NCBI GenBank assembly: GCA_048128005.1
Contig: JBEUKZ010000085.1
Span: forward strand, 186,001-250,000
Direction: 5' to 3'
Length of the DNA stretch: 64,000 bases
Source: Veleropilina oligotropha
Lineage: Eukaryota
A program made the translations under genes and the position numbers. The notes under the pieces are model-generated. The model made no database searches, was not told the origin of the DNA, and saw nothing but the letters and a program-made list of their open reading frames with translations. Shown piece by piece: positions 61,568-64,000 of this stretch. The number at the start of each line of letters is the position of its first letter. The first letter of the stretch is position 1.

Positions 61568-61914
61568 GCAGCATCTACGGGACCCTGCTTGCAGACGAGC
61601 CCTCTTCCCCCCCGACCCGGTGGCACTTTGTCCTTAATTGTGGGGTAGCGCCCAATAAGGGGCTGGCGAGGAGGGAGTTCATGTTTCCAAACACTAGAGG
61701 TCGGTTCGGGTTGAACCCAGCCCTTCTAATGATCCACCTGACGCCGGTCCAGCCGGCCGGGGGCCCCAAGGCATGTTCCATAAGTAAACTCAGCCTGGAT
61801 TCGGATAAGTTAACCCTCGCCTTTGTCATCAAGGCCCCGTGGGTCGGCACTCTGTATTTGAACGTTACAGTAGACATTTTAAACAAACAGGCGGAACAAT
61901 ACAGCCACGTATGA
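61564..61914 (+). CDS. Hypothetical viral protein (116 aa)
   Basis: ATGA-overlapped with both neighbours. Confidence 0.55.
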   Translation: MSSIYGTLLADEPSSPPTRWHFVLNCGVAPNKGLARREFMFPNTRGRFGLNPALLMIHLTPVQPAGGPKACSISKLSLDSDKLTLAFVIKAPWVGTLYLNVTVDILNKQAEQYSHV

Positions 61915-62408
61915 TGGACAACAAACCCTCAGCGCCAACGCTGTACCCACAACTTGGTGGCGATGTGCCTTCGGAAGTTCCGGAGGCACAGTCTTTCCGA
62001 CTACAGAAAGTGAATGAGCTCCAGGGGCAGCTAGAACGAGAACGGGATGCTCGAGCCGCCCTGTACAAAAAGTACCGCCGAGGCGTTAATGTCATTGATG
62101 GAATTGATTCGGGCCTGGTCGTGGCGACCCTAGGTATGGGTAGCGCCGGCATCGGTCTACTGTCCACGATCGTTGCCGCACCTGTTGTCCTAGTGCTGGA
62201 ACTAGCGGCGTTGGGGTGTGGGCTCGCTAGTATGGGTGGAAAGTACATCAGCCGGCGCCTCCAGGTTAAGGCTAAGAAACACGACGAGATTCGAGTACTG
62301 GCCGAAAGCAAGCTGAACACCATAACCGACCACGTCTCAAAGGCCTTAGCGGACGGGGTGATGTCTGATGATGAATTCCAACTGGTCACAGGGGAGATGG
62401 AAAAATGA
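61911..62408 (+). pseudogene. Polinton-type helical hairpin membrane protein, truncated by a DIRS insertion
   Basis: FRLQKVNE...KKY...hydrophobic hairpin...KKHDEI..LAESKL.TI...VSKAL.D...DEF; the stop TGA lies at the DIRS terminus. Confidence 0.7.
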
Positions 62409-64000
62409 GGTTTTAATGTAAACCTAATATTAGTATAAAACATACTTACGTCCTTACTCTTGCCATAATAGCATATTATCGCCCAAACCGGAAATGGTGA
62501 ATATGTCCCATAATGCACCGTTATAAGCCAAAAAAGCACACGGTTACCTCCCCTGCTCCTACCCCCCACGTTCCCTAGCGAGACTTCGCCAAGTCTCGTG
62601 AGACTTCTGAACAATAGAAGTCACATGACATCAATTCAAAGTTCAAAAACCCAAAGGAACGTAGTAGAGGGGAGGAATGCGAACGCAGGGTGGGTAATCG
62701 TGTAAGGACGTAAGTATGTTTTATACTAATATTAGGTTTACATTAAAACCTCATATATAGTTACAAACATACTTACGTCCTTACTCTTGCCAGAATAACC
62801 TTGGATAGGTGGGTAAGACGTTCCTTACAACAAACCCAAACAAGATAATGACTTACTTTTCACCAATTCGATCAGCATGAAGCGTCGAGTGTGTCCGTCT
62901 AGAGTGGAATTTTTACTGAGTATTATATTCTACTCTTACCAGGCGAGAATTTCGACCAGTGTTACCGGGAGAATACGCCGTGGTGTTAGTCGGACGAGGT
63001 GAACGGAAGTGCAATCAGCCCCTGGCACGGCCGGAAGGATAAATCCCTGTAGGTCTTACGTGTCATGGACCAGTGGCAGCCAAATGGGTCTCCGGGCCTA
63101 TAGGCCGGTAGCCAGAGGATGCAGTCGGATTTGTAAGCACACGGAACCTAACAGGTTGTGAAAGCTTAAAAATCAAAAGCAAAGAATTAATAGATTATAT
63201 AATAATCGATATTAATAAGTAGTTCGTATGACCAACTTGCGAACGCTAACATGGACGACATGTCACTTAAAATAAATTTTAAGGAAGCAAAAATGTTCGA
63301 CATGTTACTTAAAAATAAATGTTAAGGAATCAACATTTTAAATGTATTGAACATCGTATGTTCGATTACAGCAAAGAACATAATAATATTGAACCCTAAT
63401 CTTTTTAAGATTTGTGCAAAATTATCAAAGTTGTTTTATTAAATTCAATGTGATCTGGCTTATGTCAACACTCAGTCTGACATGAGAAGTACAAAATCTT
63501 AAATTAGATTTAAGAAATGAACAGACATTGAACTGCCCCATAGGTGTTAATTACATAGCACCGTTTGGCCAACGAAAATAAAATGGCGTCAGTAAATATG
63601 CAAATGAGCAATCAGAGAACAATACTTACTGATTAGAAGACCTCGGTCTAACAATAACCCGTTGTGCAGCAACACAGTGTAAACTGCTTAGGCCATCAGC
63701 CCCGGTTGAGTAGTCGCGCAGATAATGTTTTACAAACACGTTAGCGTTTTTCCAATATCCGGCCTGTAGTAACGCATTGATATTTAAATTATGTCGGAAG
63801 GCTACAGACGCTGCAATGGCCCGGACCTCATGTGCGCGGACCGATAAAATAGTTCGGTCGTCGTCATCACAACGGATGTAAACATCTCTCACAGTTTGTG
63901 AAATCCACCGCGAAACAGTAGTCCTCGTAATGTCGCGGGTGTAGGTGGGCAAATACGAAATGAATAAACGTAATTTTCCCTGTCGCAACTCACGGGTTCT
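62405..64000 (-). mobile_element. DIRS1-type retrotransposon copy 2 (3' end only; cut by window edge)
   Basis: Same terminus ATGAGGTTTTAATGTAAACC, ITR, ICR (62702-62792), 3' UTR and YR C-terminus as copy 1. Confidence 0.93.
63626..64000 (-). CDS. DIRS copy 2 tyrosine recombinase, C-terminal part
   Basis: Nearly identical protein to the C-terminus of the 42686 ORF (HEVR...KHY). Confidence 0.9.
   Translation of the reverse strand, partial: RTRELRQGKLRLFISYLPTYTRDITRTTVSRWISQTVRDVYIRCDDDDRTILSVRAHEVRAIAASVAFRHNLNINALLQAGYWKNANVFVKHYLRDYSTGADGLSSLHCVAAQRVIVRPRSSNQ

Larger units (their letters stand above)
48926..62405. mobile_element. Endogenous Polinton-like (MELD/adintovirus-like) dsDNA virus; both ends interrupted or unresolved
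   Basis: Dense, intronless, GC-rich ORF cluster with rve integrase, A32-like ATPase, MCP-like, penton-like and PolB-like genes. Confidence 0.88.

Noticed and set aside
48926..62405. Bacterial prophage or contamination
   Set aside because: Eukaryotic rve integrase and Polinton-type genes, with eukaryotic DIRS insertions, contiguous with host intron-containing DNA
41449..64000. Composite transposon in which two DIRS copies mobilise the virus between them
   Set aside because: Copy 2 truncates a viral ORF, the ITR interiors differ, and viral-like sequence seems to continue left of copy 1; nested insertion fits better

Overview
AT-rich animal genomic DNA, probably from an invertebrate; the repeat repertoire looks lophotrochozoan, but the species cannot be determined. 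1-30 kb holds the 5' part of a WDR7 (rabconnectin-3 beta) gene on the minus strand: 16 coding exons that join in phase, a GC-AG first coding intron and candidate microexons, with the gene running off the left edge. Its introns and the 30-40 kb region are full of SINEs, MITEs, Helitron/Helentron-type elements, a CR1-like LINE fragment and a Penelope fragment. 41.4-48.9 kb is an intact DIRS1-type tyrosine-recombinase retrotransposon. About 41/49-62.4 kb is a GC-rich, intronless endogenous Polinton-like (MELD/adintovirus-like) virus. It encodes an integrase, a packaging ATPase, major and minor capsid proteins, several membrane proteins and an unusual 1229-aa replicase (OTU-like protease, divergent PolB, SF1 helicase, His-Me nuclease). 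A second DIRS of the same family interrupts its last visible ORF and is cut by the window edge.
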